Below, piece after piece: positions 38,471-52,327 of a DNA stretch of 64,000 nucleotides; the stretch's first letter is position 1, and every line of letters begins with the position of its first letter. The notes under the pieces were generated by a model, which worked only from the letters and a program-made list of their open reading frames with translations, was not told the origin of the DNA and searched no databases. The stretch covers positions 104,036,001 through 104,100,000 of the forward strand of contig OX597814.1 of the NCBI GenBank assembly GCA_951406725.2, in the 5' to 3' direction. The stretch is from Octopus vulgaris. Lineage: Eukaryota. A program made the translations under genes and the position numbers.

Positions 38471-39099
38471 TTTTATCATTATTAATAATAATAATGTTTC
38501 TATCCATAAGATGCTTCCTATATTGTAATGAAACATGTAATATGGAATTAAAAATATTTTAAATTTTCCAGGCTTTGTTATTAATATATCATCATCGTCA
38601 TTTAACGTCCGTTGTCTACCACCACACCACACACCACCACACCACACCACACCACACCACATAACACTATACCACTATACCACGTCACACCACCCAGCAC
38701 ACACTAACACTGATCATTTCCCAGCACCCACACCATCATCCACACACCTGCACTTGCACACACGCATGCATCAAGGTCAACAGCCCTCTTCCACTCGCAC
38801 ATACACGCTCTCACATATACACACACGTGCTCCTTCATTTTGGGATCACTACTACTTTATAATATCCCCTTCTTCCTAGGCTCTCCTGTGTGACCCCTCT
38901 GTCCAGCATTCGCCATGATAGCTCGCTAGCCTCTAAACCTTTTTTTTTTCTCTCTCGGCTTATTTCTGTGTTCCTTTTTGTCGAAGAGCATAGGCTCAAA
39001 ACTTAAAAGAAACTAATACATCTGATTGTTGTTTACACACCCATCTTCATCTTTTGTTTCTTTGTAAATTCTCCCTATATATTTATGTATACACAATAG

Positions 39100-39255
39100 G
39101 ACACTTTCAGTTTCTGTCTACCAAATCTACTCACAAAGTTTTGGTAAGCCTGAGGCTATCGTAAAAGACACTTGCCCAAGGTTCCACACAGCGGGACTGA
39201 ACCTGGAACCATGTGGTTGGGAAGCAAACTTCTTACCATACAGCCATGCCTGCAC
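39100..39255 (-). mobile_element. SINE family A head
   Basis: Reverse complement match to the family. Confidence 0.75.
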
Positions 39256-39699
39256 CAATGATACCTGAACATGAAATAGCTTTTGAGTCTCTATTCTGGA
39301 ACTTCATCGGGTTTAAAGCACCTGGATTTTACCAAGACAGTTGCTCTATTGAGGAGGTCAAGTATCTCCTCAATGATAAGAAGCCTACCTCTGTCCCTCT
39401 ATCATATTCTCATCTCTCGGTTCAACTCCCTCTCTCAGCTGAGAGGTCCTTATCTTGCAAGCTCATGAATGCTGGTGCCATGTAAAAAGCATCCAGTACA
39501 CTCTATAGTGGTTGGCATTAGGAAGGACATCTAACCATAGAAACCATGTCAAAACAGACAATTGGCTCCTGGTGCAGCCCTCCAGCTTGCCAACTCCTCT
39601 CAAACCATCCAACTCATGCCAGCATGGAAAACAAGCACCAAATGGTGATGATGATGATGATGATGATAAATAACCATCAAATACATCTTACAACTGTGC

Positions 39700-40660
39700 T
39701 TCAATCACATTGGCAGAATGATTATCTCAGTTTACGAAAATAGCATCACAATTTTTTCTTCATTAATCTTCCGTTGACCACCATTTCTATAATCCACCAT
39801 AACTGCAATGTTGTTCTAGCACTGGAACCAGCAATTTCATAATAGCAATTTGTATCTTACAAGTTGTTCCAAAATTACTTCCATCATCTTTCCTGAATCA
39901 TTTTGTTTTATTTGAATAAATTTCAATTCTTATGCATCCTTTTCTTTCTTCTTTTTTTTTTTAATTGATATTTAAATAACAAATTGTTTTGACCATTTGG
40001 TTTCAATGTGCTTAATTTGGAGTAGAATCAAATGCAAGACCTAAATGTTTGGTCTTACAAATTACTGTTTAGTAATTTCTGCTGAATAGTAGAAACCATA
40101 AGCTGAATATATTCTTGACTCATGAAAATAAATCTGATATTCTTCCAGGATTCTTTGACACAAAACTGTGATGTTCATTCATGACAGGATCAAAGTCTGC
40201 AACAGTTTTATAGCTCCAAACCATTTCCAAAATTGGTTTTCTGTTATACAAATTCCTTGTCATTAAACAATTCAAGGATTTCAGTTGCTAAAAATTTTAT
40301 ACAAAAATTGTTCCCTGTGAAGAATAGTTCACCACTTTTGATTTTCTGATGCAATTTGAGTTTGATGTTCTGTGTCAGTGGTTATTCTGCTTTCTTGAAA
40401 CGTTTCCTTCACTGGAAGAGGCATTATTTCTTTTTCCTTCCTTTTCATGGGCGTCAGGCTTTCCTGGTGCTTTCCACTGTTTGAGTCCATTTTCTTGTTC
40501 AGTGAAAACCAATTGACATTTCATGAAAATAGAAAACAACAAAAGCAGAAAGCTGTTTTCTTATTTGAAGAATAAACGATTTTGAGTGACAAATGTCTGC
40601 ACATGCTTTTACCAAAATTATTGTAAGCCATGGCATTCCATGAGAACACATGCTCTTTTA
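39700..40660 (-). mobile_element. Decayed hAT (Tip100-like) transposase relic
   Basis: Minus strand IQLMVSTIQQKLL...LAFDSTPN and CWFQC*NNIAVM...GGQRKINE resemble the DSTPD and CRGQ.YDNAA.M motifs. Confidence 0.55.
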
Positions 40661-42106
40661 TTATTTAAAAAAATACTTTGAACCAAATCTAACCATTTCC
40701 AACTCCATGGCATCTCTTTACAATTTTATGGTTTGATATTTTATTGAACTCCAATTAACCATTCCTGTCATGTTCAATCTCACTCGATAAGGGCTTCACT
40801 CTAGTTTTCTTGCAGTGGTTCAGTTTACAATCATTTCAGATGCAGTTAATGGTGATGAAATAATTCTTATTTAGCCTTCATTCTTGACATTTTAAAATCA
40901 TTTTCTGACTTTGGTTTTATTCTTGTAGGGTGCAAAACCTGACAAAATTAAATTTTTGTTTCAAATTAATTTTGAAATATTGACTTGTTTTGGCATTAAT
41001 CATTAGAACCTAACTTATGAATTCAGATCTGGAGGAGACAATAACCAGTTAATTAGGTAGTAGTGCTTAGTGAGAGAACATCATCATTATCGTCATCATT
41101 CTCATTTAATATCTGTTTTCCATACTGGCATGGGTTTGACAGTTTAACAGGGGCTGGAGAGCTGCACCAGCCTTCTGTGTCTGTTTTGGTATGGTTTTTA
41201 TGACTGGATGCCCTTCCTAATGCCAACCACTCTGCAGAGGGGACTGAGTGTTTTTTACATGGCACCAGTACAAGAGAGATCAGTTTTGGCAAGGTTTTAC
41301 AGCTGGATACTCGTCCAGCATTTTGATATCTCTGTAATTTCCTCCATCCGCTACACTGTCTTTACTCTTCTAACAGTTAATGATGACACAGCAACGTCAG
41401 TCATTTTGTATGACATCTTCCTCTACCATGTGATACTCAGAGGGTCTCAACGGTAATTTCTGATGGACCAAGAACCTTTCCTACCCTGCCCCTTCATATT
41501 CTTATGTTGTATCATGCTACTATCAATTTGAATGACTGGTTCCTCTGTTAGGTTTATCCTGCAGAGATCCACTTTCTCCCTTGCACCCTTCATTTAACCA
41601 TCTCTCTTAGCTTTTCCTGTATCTCTTCCTTTTTAATGTTACCAAGAATTTGTGAGTTGCTATCATTCTGGTAGACATTTCTCTCCCAAGACCTCTTCAT
41701 TCCTCATGTTTCTGATCCTCATGTTGTACAACATTGGGAAACTTCTTATTTCTGTTTCTTTCATGGCCAAGTACATCTGCTCTCATCTGACTTCTTATCC
41801 CTCCGGTCTCACCAAGACTAACTTTCAGCTTTTCTGCTTCTATGAATATGTCTGAGGTTCAGCCTATTCATATTAACCTTCTTCTCTTTTGCCCAACCTT
41901 ACTTTGGTCTTCCCCTTCCATAGATTGCTTCCGCTTGATCTCTGGCTACTTCTTTACCCAACCCCTTTCACCATTACTACCCCAACTATACCCACACCAA
42001 TGCACTCTTCTCTCTCTCTCTCTCTCTCTCTTGCACAACCACATCTCATCTCTCATATGCTGTCTTTTTCTCCACTTCTCTTTCTCTATTGATATTATAC
42101 AGACTA

Positions 42107-42338
42107 AAGGCGGCGAGCTGGCAGAAACGTTAGCACGCCAGGCAAAATGCGTAGCCGTATTTCGTCTGCCGTTACGTTCTGAGTTCAAATTCTGCCAAGG
42201 TCGACTTTGCCTTTCATCTTTTCGGGGTCGATTAAATAAGTTCCAGTTACGCACTGGGGTCGATGTAATCGACTTAATTCGTGTTTCTGTCCTTGTTTGT
42301 CCCTTCTGTGTTTAGCCCCTTGTGGGTAGTAGGAAATA
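42107..42338 (+). mobile_element. SINE family B, full length
   Basis: 16-bp TSD GATATTAYACAGACTA (42091-42106, 42339-42354). Confidence 0.9.
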
Positions 42339-43441
42339 GATATTACACAGACTATCAAAAAGTCTCACCTTATTGCTTTCTGGCTTTCATGCTTTCTCCA
42401 CATTCACTTCAACAATTCTCTACATCTATGTCTCTGCCTCCTGCCTATTTGCCTCTCTCTCTCCCTCCAGCACCCCCTCTCTCTCTACTTATTCATCATT
42501 TTATTTGTCTGTCTGTTGGTCTATATACATACACACAAACATACATACATATTCTTAAATACATGCATATGTACACATACACATATCTATGTATGTGTAT
42601 TTTTGTATTTATGCATGTATGTATATATGCATATCTATATATATGCACATATGTATTATGAATGCAGGTTGGCATGCATTTATGTGTGTAAGCATATGTG
42701 TGTATGTATGCATGTATGTATACATATATGTATGCATGTTTATATGTATGCATAAATGTATGCATATATGCATGTATGTATATATATGGACATATACAAA
42801 ACTGTAATTTGACATGTATGTATAAATGCATGCCTGTATGTATGCATGCATCCATGTATGTTTTTATGAAAGTGTATACATATATATATATGTATATATT
42901 TATGTATGCATATATGTACGTATTCATGAAGGTACATATGTATGTCATTTATGCATGCATGCATGCAAATTTGTGCGCATTTATATATGCATGTCTCCAT
43001 GTATGTATGCACATATGTATGCATCTACATATATCAGTATGCGTTTATGTATGGTGTATGCATGCATGTGCGTTTGTATGTAATGTAGTTCACTTATGGA
43101 CCTCTGTCATCAATGATTTTAATGTGAAGCCATCAACAGTTGCTGCGACTGCACCATATCAACCCCTATGACTGTACCTGAATTTTGCTGGGTATACACG
43201 CATCAGTGCAGATGCATGCTCACGTGCAGCACGATAGCAGGGGTAGCACTGACAGTGGGCTGTGGGTCTCTAATTCTGCTGGAACTCTTGTTGTTCTTGT
43301 TGTTTCTAATGTTCATTTTATTCTTCTTCTTCTTCTTCGTTCTTTCATCCTTTTATTCTCTCTTCTGCAAGAAAACCCCGTTTGCTGCAACTGGGCATGT
43401 GCAGAACGAATAAATGTGCACACATGCGACGACACATGTGA

Positions 43442-43475
43442 GGCCATGTGTTACTGACGTCAGTAGCACATGGCC
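43442..43475. promoter_or_regulatory. 34-bp palindrome centred on a full CRE (TGACGTCA)
   Basis: GGCCATGTGTTACTGACGTCAGTAGCACATGGCC has one mismatched pair. CRE at 43455-43462; overlaps a GGCCACGCC KLF/SP-like site. Confidence 0.5.
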
Positions 43476-43833
43476 ACGCCTTCTTCTTCTTATTCTTCTT
43501 CAAACCTATTAAAAGTATTCCTTGCTACTACTTAGGCTGCTGCTGCTGCTGCTCTTGTTACTGACTGTTGTTACTAGCAGTATTACAGCTCTTATTACCG
43601 CTGCTGCTGTTACAGTTACTGCTGCTGCTGTTGCTACCCCGTCGGCTACACTGCCACCACCATAACAGCCATCATTCTGTACTTGTTGATGCTAGATTGC
43701 TGCTGCTCCTGCTGCTGCTGCATTTGCTGCTGTTGCTGCTGCTTAATTTCAGGACTTACTGAATTAAAGCTCTTTGGAAGACATATTCAAAGATAAATTC
43801 AATGAAAGTACGCACACACACACACATATATGT

Positions 43834-43872
<39 letters not shown>

Positions 43873-44452
43873 TGCATATATATATATATATGCATGTATG
43901 TGTATATATATGTATATATATGCATGTGTATATATATATATATATGTATGTACATATATACATATATGTGTGTGTGTGTGTGTGTACGCCCGTATATATA
44001 CACATACAGATATTTAATACTCATCATAAATACATATATATATGTACACACACACATATATGTACATACATGCATGCACAGATGATGCATATTTGCATGC
44101 ATACTTACAGACACACACACACAAACATACATGAATGCATGAGTACATAACAAAAAAACATATTACTGCACATACATACACACATACATACATGTACATG
44201 CGCAAACACACAGACACACAAATACACATGCATACATATATCATCATCATCATCATCATCATCATCATTTAAGGACTAGCTTCTCTCCTGACATAGATTG
44301 GACTGTTTGACAGTATGTTCTGCTGTCTACTGGGAGCATATATATGTGTGTGTGTGTGTGTGTGCGTGTGTACAAATACACATACACACACAACTCATGC
44401 CAGCATGGAAATTGGACATTTAATGATGATGACATATATATATATGTATATG

Positions 44453-44502
<50 letters not shown>

Positions 44503-44700
44503 CATATACACATATGTATGTATAAATACATATATATATATTTGTATGTGTGTATGTATGTATGTATGTATGCATATGTTAATGTCTGTTTATATTTTAA
44601 GTTATAATAAAAATTAGATTAAAATGAAGAATTACTCATTACTTTTGGTTGAGTATGTTAAAGAATTACACACACCAGATTTTGTGCTACTTCAGGTTAG

Positions 44701-44746
<46 letters not shown>

Positions 44747-44766
44747 GTGTATATATATATATATAT

Positions 44767-44813
<47 letters not shown>

Positions 44814-45191
44814 CTATGCATGTATGAATATACATACATACATATATACATGCACATGTGCACACAAAACCAACATGTTTGATTCTGTCTAAATTCCAAT
44901 GAAGGAATCTTGTATCTATGTTAGAAACTGACTCTTTCACCATTGGGGAGAAATTTCAGAAAAATAAATCGAAGAAAACATACAACGACAGATGCATAGA
45001 CATTTGTATATATTCTTACAAGCATAGACACCTAGATATATACATACCCACAAATATACACATACCCATTCATATACATACATACATACATATATATATA
45101 TGTATATGTACATATATACATATATATATGTGTGTGTGTATGTGTGTGTATGCGCATGTATATACACACACGGATATTTAATACTCATCAC

Positions 45192-45234
<43 letters not shown>

Positions 45235-45934
45235 CACACACACATATATGTACATATGTGTGTGTAAATATATATAAACATATATATATATGTATATATA
45301 TATATATACATACACATACATATATATATATAAATATATATAAATACATATATATACACACACACATACACACACACATTCATACATACATACATACATA
45401 TATACATACACATATACATATATACACACATGCACACACACATGTGCTCAAGTGCATATGCATATGTGTATATAAACATATATATATGTATATGCATATA
45501 CACACATGCATACAAGTATATGTACATATATACAAACATACACCGATATATATAAACATCCGCTTATGTAGAGTGGTTTCTTATGCCTGATAACGAGTCA
45601 TCATCATCATAATCTTCAGCATCATCATTGTTGACATCATCGTCATCACCCTCATTGTCTTCGCCGTCGTCGTCGTCATCATCATCATCATTGTTATGAT
45701 CATCATCGTTGTTGTCATCATCATCATCATCATCATCATCATTCTTACACTTTATTATTATCTACATTAAAATAATCATCCACCTATGATAACGTCATGT
45801 GCATCATGTCACATGTGACTCTTTTCTCTGATTATAGACACAGATACATATACAATAAATATATAAACATATATATATATATACAAACACACACACACCT
45901 TATAGCATGTACTTGTATATTTATAATATTTATA

Positions 45935-46095
45935 TATGTGGCTGTGTTGTAAGATGTCTGCTCCCCATCTGCATGGTTCCAAGTTCAGTTCCACTGTGTG
46001 GTACCTTGAGTGTCTTCTACTACAACTATAGCCACAGGCTGACTAAAACCTTGTGAGTGGATTTGGTAAATGGAAACTGACAGAAGCTCATCGTA
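45935..46095 (+). mobile_element. SINE family A head
   Basis: Family match. Confidence 0.75.
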
Positions 46096-46111
46096 TTGTA
46101 TATATATAAAA

Positions 46112-47500
46112 AGCTTCACCAAGGATCAGTCCTCAGCTCCCTGTTATTCATCATAGTCCTCCAGGCAATAACAGAGGGATTCAAGACAAGCTGCCCCTGC
46201 GAGCTCCTCTATGCTGATGACCTTGCTATAATAACTGAGTCACTCCCAGAACTAGATTAGCAATTTCAAGTGTGGAAGCAAGATCTAGAATTGAAGGGTC
46301 TTAGAATCAATGTAGCAAAAACCAAAGTCTTAGTAAGTAGGAAGGGTAGACAAATCACAAACCCCTTCAGGTAGATGGCCCTACTAGATCTGTAGAAAAG
46401 GTATAAGTAGAAACTCAATAAGATGTACCCAGTGTAAGCTATGGACACATAAGAGGTGCAGCAATATCAAAGGAAGGTTAACTGGGATGATAGTTTTTGT
46501 GTGCGGCAGGTGCACAGGGGCAATAAACACTGCAGATGCTCAGAAAAGAAATTTCATCACATACCAGGGGGAGGAACTAGAAGTGCTTCCATTACCTAGG
46601 TGACCAACTCAGTAGCAGGGGTGGATGCTCTGAGAGCATTGCCACTAGAATAAGAATAGCCTGGGAAAAGTTCAGAAAGCTCCTACCTCTGCTGGTAACA
46701 AAGGGCCTCTCACTTAGAGTGAAAGGTTAACTGTATGATGCATGTGTGCGAACAACTATGCTGCACGGCAATGAAACATGGGCCATGACTGTTGAGGTCA
46801 TGTGTAGGCTTGAAAGAAATGAAGCTAGTATGATCCATTGGATGTGTAATGACAGAGTGTAAGTGCCCTGAGGGAAATGTTGGACATAGGAAGCATGAGA
46901 TGTGGTGTGTAAGAGAGACAACTGCACTGGTATGGTCATGTGCTGTGTATGGGTGAGGAGAGCTGTGTGAAGAAGTGTCACACCCTAACAGTGGAAGGAA
47001 CCTATGGAAGAGGGAGACCCAGGAAGACATGGGATGAGGTGGTGAAGCACGACCTTCAGATGTTGGGCCTTACAGAGGCAATGACGAAAGACTGAGACCT
47101 CTGGAGATATGCTGTTGATTGAGAAGACCCGGCAAGTAAGGTGAGATCACAGCCATAGTGTATACAAGTGTCTCACAACCATTTAAAAGTACCTTTGAAT
47201 CATCGTGCAATATGCTGTGCTGGACGAGACCTATTATGTCAAGCAAAATCAAAAATCAAAATCAAAACCAAATCAAGATCGAAATCAAAATGGAAATTGT
47301 TGTTGTGGCCAATACCAGTGCCGCCTGACTGGCACCTGTGCTGGTGGCATGTAATAAGCACCATTCAAGTGTGGGTCAATGCCAGTGCTGGCTGACTGGC
47401 TCTCCATACCAGTGGCACGTAAAAAGCACAATCCGAATGTGGTCGATGCCAGTCTCCCCCTGAGTGGCTCCTGTGCCTGTGGCACATAACAAGCACCATC
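46112..47500 (+). mobile_element. 5'-truncated RTE LINE (RT, C-terminus, 3'UTR)
   Basis: LHQGSVLSSLLF, ELLYADDL, YLGD, WYGHV and GRPRKTWDE with frameshifts, followed by UTR units. Confidence 0.9.
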
Positions 47501-47656
47501 CTTGCTTCACTAGGTGTTCATGAGCCGTACTTTTAAAAACTTCCACTCCTCTGCAAGTTCTCTAGTCGTGATCTTTGAGTTTTCTTTGATTTTTGCCTTC
47601 AAAACATCTTCATCCAATTTTGAAGGTCTTCTACTGTCACTTTTGCAGCTAAACTC

Positions 47657-48845
47657 TAATCAAGGCACTCCCCTCATCAGGATGTTACACTAAGTTCATA
47701 AATACATCTACATACCAGGGTCGGTCTACCATCAGTGGCAATGTAAAATATTATCCTAAAAAAAACCTATACTTATATAATAGTACCTAATTTCCATGTT
47801 AATGGACAAAGCCAGAAATCATGCTAAAAGTTATGTATTAAAGTAAACCAGAACTAATATTTTGTTTCATGTTAATTTTTATTCCTTTGCAATTATGAAA
47901 TTAGATGTCCGAGATAAAATCCTACTTATTACACTTATTTTTTATTTTTACTTTTAAATATTTATAAGAATGTGGAATGGATTCTATGTGTACATGCAGG
48001 TATTGCATCAGTAAATTTATTCAATATGGATTGATTATATAGTTTTGATATAAATTATGCTTTCCTGATGTATAAATTGCACTTTGTGGATCTATTTCTA
48101 TATGTAATATCCTTTTCCTTAAGGTCATTTATATATGTTGCCAACACCATTGATATCTTATATTTGGGATTATTAAAGGAGCTCAGATGGCTCCTATATA
48201 TCTGTTTGAAATCCGTCGTACTTCCAATATATATTTTTGTTTTGGCCATTTGGTGCCTCAATTCTACATTTATATATGACGTTATGCTGGCAATAATTTC
48301 CGTTAATCAGACAAGGGTCTCTACAATTACATTTTTTATGGGGTTTACTAATAGCATGATTATGTATATTCTTTACTTCCTTCATTTCAATACTAGAATT
48401 CATGATACTATTTGTACTTTTATTCGTGTTAATTTTAGATTTATTCATTTTATCATTACCTTTATATATAGAATCCATTCCACGTTCTTAAGAATATTTA
48501 AAAGTAAAAAAAGAAAATAAGTGTAATAAGTAGGATTTGATCTCGGACATCTAATTTCATAATAGCAAAGGAATAAAAATTAACATGTAACAAAATATTA
48601 GTTCTGGTTTACTTTAATACATAACTTTTAGCATGATTTCTGGCTCTGTCCATTAACATGGAAATTTGGTATTATTATATAAATATAGGTTTTTTTAGGA
48701 CACGTTGCCGCTGATGGTAGACCAACCCTGGTATGTAGATGTATTTATGAACTTAGTGTAGCATCCTGATTAGGGGAGTGCCTTGATTAATAATGGGAAA
48801 TATGTCATATTCCTTTGCTCATCTCTGAAATGGCCCCCAGATGTG
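47657..48845 (-). mobile_element. Penelope-like element fragment (GIY-YIG) with inverted pseudo-LTRs
   Basis: About 330-bp inverted arms at 47657-47987 and 48468-48789. Between them, CNCRDPCLINGNYCQHNVIYKC...YIGST..FKQ.Y.SHLSSF. Decayed hammerhead CTGAT(G/T)AG...GAAA at 48761-48845. Confidence 0.8.
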
Positions 48846-49284
48846 ATGTTTATATATATTTTATTTTCTTTCATTGGTTTTAATATGTTTATAATACTTA
48901 ATCCTTTGAACTTAAATTTTTAATTTCATCATACAATGTACGATTTTAAATGTAATTACAAGTGATATTTTCTTAAATTCAATCGTTTTTATTTAAATTC
49001 ATTCGTACTTTATGCATTGCATTGATATTGTCTATTTATATAAATTTGTGTATTTTGGAATTTTATTTCCATTTTATAGAGAATATATGTATTTATATTA
49101 AGTTTTGGATGCGTATTTCAATTATATTCTTTTAGCCTGTGTTTTCACATGTGTTGTCTCCATAATAATATTATTTCGAATATGGTTCAGAACGAGTACT
49201 ACACTTTCCTTCTGTATTAATGTTATTGTTAATAACAAGCTCTAATTAAACTATATATTTTGTATATATATATATTTTGTACAC

Positions 49285-49317
<33 letters not shown>

Positions 49318-49321
49318 GTGA

Positions 49322-49656
49322 AGGCGCATGGCTCAGTGGTTAGAGCATCGATCTTACGATCATGAGATTGTGAGATCAAATCCCGGACCGGGCTGTGTGT
49401 TGTGTTTTTGAGCAAGACACTTTATTTCATGTTGCTCCAGTTCACTCAGTTGTAGAAATGAGTTGCGATGTCACTGGTACCAAGCTGTATCAGCCCCTTT
49501 GCCTTTCCCTTGGATAACACTGGTAGTGTGGAGAGGGGAGACTGGTATGCATGGGCGACTGCTGGTCTTCCATAAACAACCTTGCTCGGACTTGTGCCTG
49601 GGAGGGTAACTTTCTAGGTGAAATCCCACGGTCAGTCATGATTGAAGGGGGTCTCA
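49322..49656 (+). mobile_element. tRNA-derived SINE family C
   Basis: A-box TGGCTCAGTGGTTAGAGC, B-box-like GATCAAATCCC, TTGAGCAAGACACTT domain. Inverted copy at 57616-57921. Confidence 0.85.
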
Positions 49657-50043
49657 GCATATAATATGTAATGGTAAGATCCAAGGATCAAGGTGTAGGA
49701 AGTTAGTAAGCTTCAGTCTGTAGAAGGGATAAAAACCAACTTTCAGGAACAATAGGAGTTTATTGACATAGAAGATAGGAAATTTTCCACTTATCAAAGT
49801 TCAATAAAGTGGAAAAAGTTATTCTTTTAGTTCATGGTTTGCAACTGGGGTTGCTGTGAATGTGAATAAAAATCCCAAATTAGGGAATGGAGTGGCTAAA
49901 ATCAATGTTTCCTAGCAGGGAAACAAATGTAGCCTGGATTTTAGCCACTCCATTCCCTGATTTTGGATTTATATGTATATATATATATATGTGTGTGTAT
50001 GTATGTAATACTATTCCACAGCCATTCCAACAATCCAACATAC

Positions 50044-50124
50044 CCCAACATCAGCTGCCCCATGGATATCATTATGGTTTCAACACCTTGGACAGTACCA
50101 TTCAATCCGGCGGTGTCAACAGCA
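50044..50124 (-). CDS. Candidate 81-nt internal exon of an unidentified gene
   Basis: cacttattttag acceptor and GG|gtatgt donor. Length divisible by 3 and only one open frame (AVDTAGLNGTVQGVETIMISMGQLMLG). No homology recognised. Confidence 0.3.
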
Positions 50125-50452
50125 CTAAAATAAGTGTTGTTTGGGAACAAACAAACCCAAGAAACCACAACTTTCAAACACACTTGCCCTATGTAGAACC
50201 ATATCAATAAATAAATTCCATAAGTAAATTACAACCAACTCCTAAATACATAACTAAACAACTCTATTAAGTCATACAAACATGATAATCCCTACCATCT
50301 TCTGCAGTGTAAAAGTAAAAGCAAAAGCTTAATTAGCTCATTATTTCAATCAATCAATCTATAGGCAGGATTAATAAAACAACAACAAAGGAACATATAA
50401 ACCAATCTACATTGTATCAGTGTTAATAGTAAACTGCAATAACTAAATTATA

Positions 50453-51632
50453 CATAGGGAGTGCGTAAGGTATTTTAGGACATACCTTTTTCGGTCATTG
50501 CTGCATTTTTTGCTAACTCTGTATAATCTTTGTTTCAGAAAATAATTACGGCAGACCCTCAGCTTACTCAAGAAATGAAGTGGCATGCTGTTATTGTGGT
50601 TAGAAAGGCTGAGCATAGCGATTTAGAAATATTTCGATTTTTTAAAAGTTGCCAGATCTTTCATCTGCAAAGTTTGTAAGGAGTTAGAGACTGAAGATGG
50701 AAACCTATCACCAGTATCAAAGCATAAAAAGCATTCTAAACACTCTGAAATCGTTAGAACACCTGAATTTATCTAGCAAGTTCAACAGACCATTGATTAC
50801 AATGCCAGAAAGTCCATGAGGTCAATTACAAAAGATCTCCATGTGTCAGAAGGAATAGTTATATGATGAGGAAAGGTCAATTTATGTTAGAAAAAGCAAA
50901 AGAAAATTACTACCTCAAATCTTAAAGGCTCTTAAAAAATCCAGCAGAAGAAGATTTGATTTGGTTTTTCTCAAATGAGAAAAATTTCGCCCAAGATCAA
51001 AAAGTTAAGAAAAGAAATGACAGATGGCTACGTGCAGACCCTTCTGAAGTTCCAAGTGTTATGCATACAAACTTTTCTGCAACTGTCATGGGTTTAGGGG
51101 TTGTCAGCAATTAAGGACATGTGATGTCTCCTTACTTCTTCTCACAAGGCCTTAGAGTTAATTCTGCCATCTACATTGAGGTCCTGGAAACAATTGTTAA
51201 TCCCTGGATAGTGTATGCAATGGAAGGCCATATGTGTCACTGTAAGACTCTGCACTATCACACATGGCTCTAGTAGCACAGGAATGGATGGTTGAAAATT
51301 CTCATGATCACATAACCCCTAACATTTGGCCTCCTAATTCCCCAGATCTCAATCCATGTGGAGCACTGTTGAGAGAGGGGTCAATGAACACCCCCTTAAC
51401 ACCAAAGTTTCTTTGAAAGCTGTTATAGTCAGAGTAATGTCTAAAATGAACCAGGACCACTTGATTCAAGCATGTAGATGATTTAGATCTCATATAGAAG
51501 CAGGTGTTGAAGCTGAAGATGGCTTCATTGAATAACATTATAGAAAAGAAGGTAGGTTTTTATCCTCATAATATTTTTTGATAAATAAAGTTATCTGTTA
51601 TAAATCTGTCCTCAAATATCTTATGCACCCTG
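50453..51632 (+). mobile_element. Decayed Tc1/mariner (maT/DD37D-like) transposon
   Basis: Imperfect TIRs CAGGGTGCRTAAGATATTTGAGGACA flanked by TA. FFSNEKNF and WPPNSPDLNP motifs. Confidence 0.85.
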
Positions 51633-51763
51633 TATACACATACATATATATAAACTTAAAATAATTTTAAAAAAAACACAAATCTTGTATTTTTTTTTTT
51701 AATTATAAGATTATCTTTACTGATCAAGTGCTTTTCTATTTATTGAAGAATTACCACATAATA

Positions 51764-52006
51764 TTGGGTTGGTGCATAATTATTGCAGCTTTTTTTCTAC
51801 AAATTTTATTCAACAATAACAATATTTATCAAAAACATCTTTAAGTGACAGTCTGACCGTCTGCCAAGCAAATGGAAAGTAGTAGTTGAAGTAGATGGTG
51901 AATATGCTCCGGAATAAGCATTTAAAGATGTTTTTGTTAAATGTTATTGTTTTTGTTGAATGAAATTTGTTGAAAGAAAGCCTGCAATAATTACGCACCA
52001 ACCCAA
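51764..52006. mobile_element. Mariner-derived MITE (243 bp)
   Basis: TIRs TTGGGTTGGTGCRTAATTATTGCAG, TA TSD. Confidence 0.9.
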
Positions 52007-52327
52007 TATATATATATTTACACACAGCTATAGAAGCTTCTCTTCAGTTCCCATCTACAAAATTCACTCACAAGACTATGGACAGCCCAGGGCTAGAGTA
52101 GAAACATGTATCCAAGTTGTCACACAGCTTGAAACATGATTTAGAAGCAAACTTTATAGCCACACATTTATACATATCGTATAGAATAATTTACTTGATC
52201 TTTTGTTTCAAAGTTCCATTTATTCCTTATGAGTTCAAACAAATGAACTACAACCAAAGTCTAGCAATACTCAGCCACCAACCTTCTCTTGTTTCAGACA
52301 GTGAATCAAATACTATTATTTGATGCT

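Noticed and set aside
43565-43745. CAG/CTG-rich tract as a polyglutamine exon
   Set aside because: Minus-strand frames are interrupted by stops and there is no coherent splice structure.
49322-49397. tRNA gene
   Set aside because: Degenerate B-box and cloverleaf; continues into a SINE body that has a second copy at 57616-57921.
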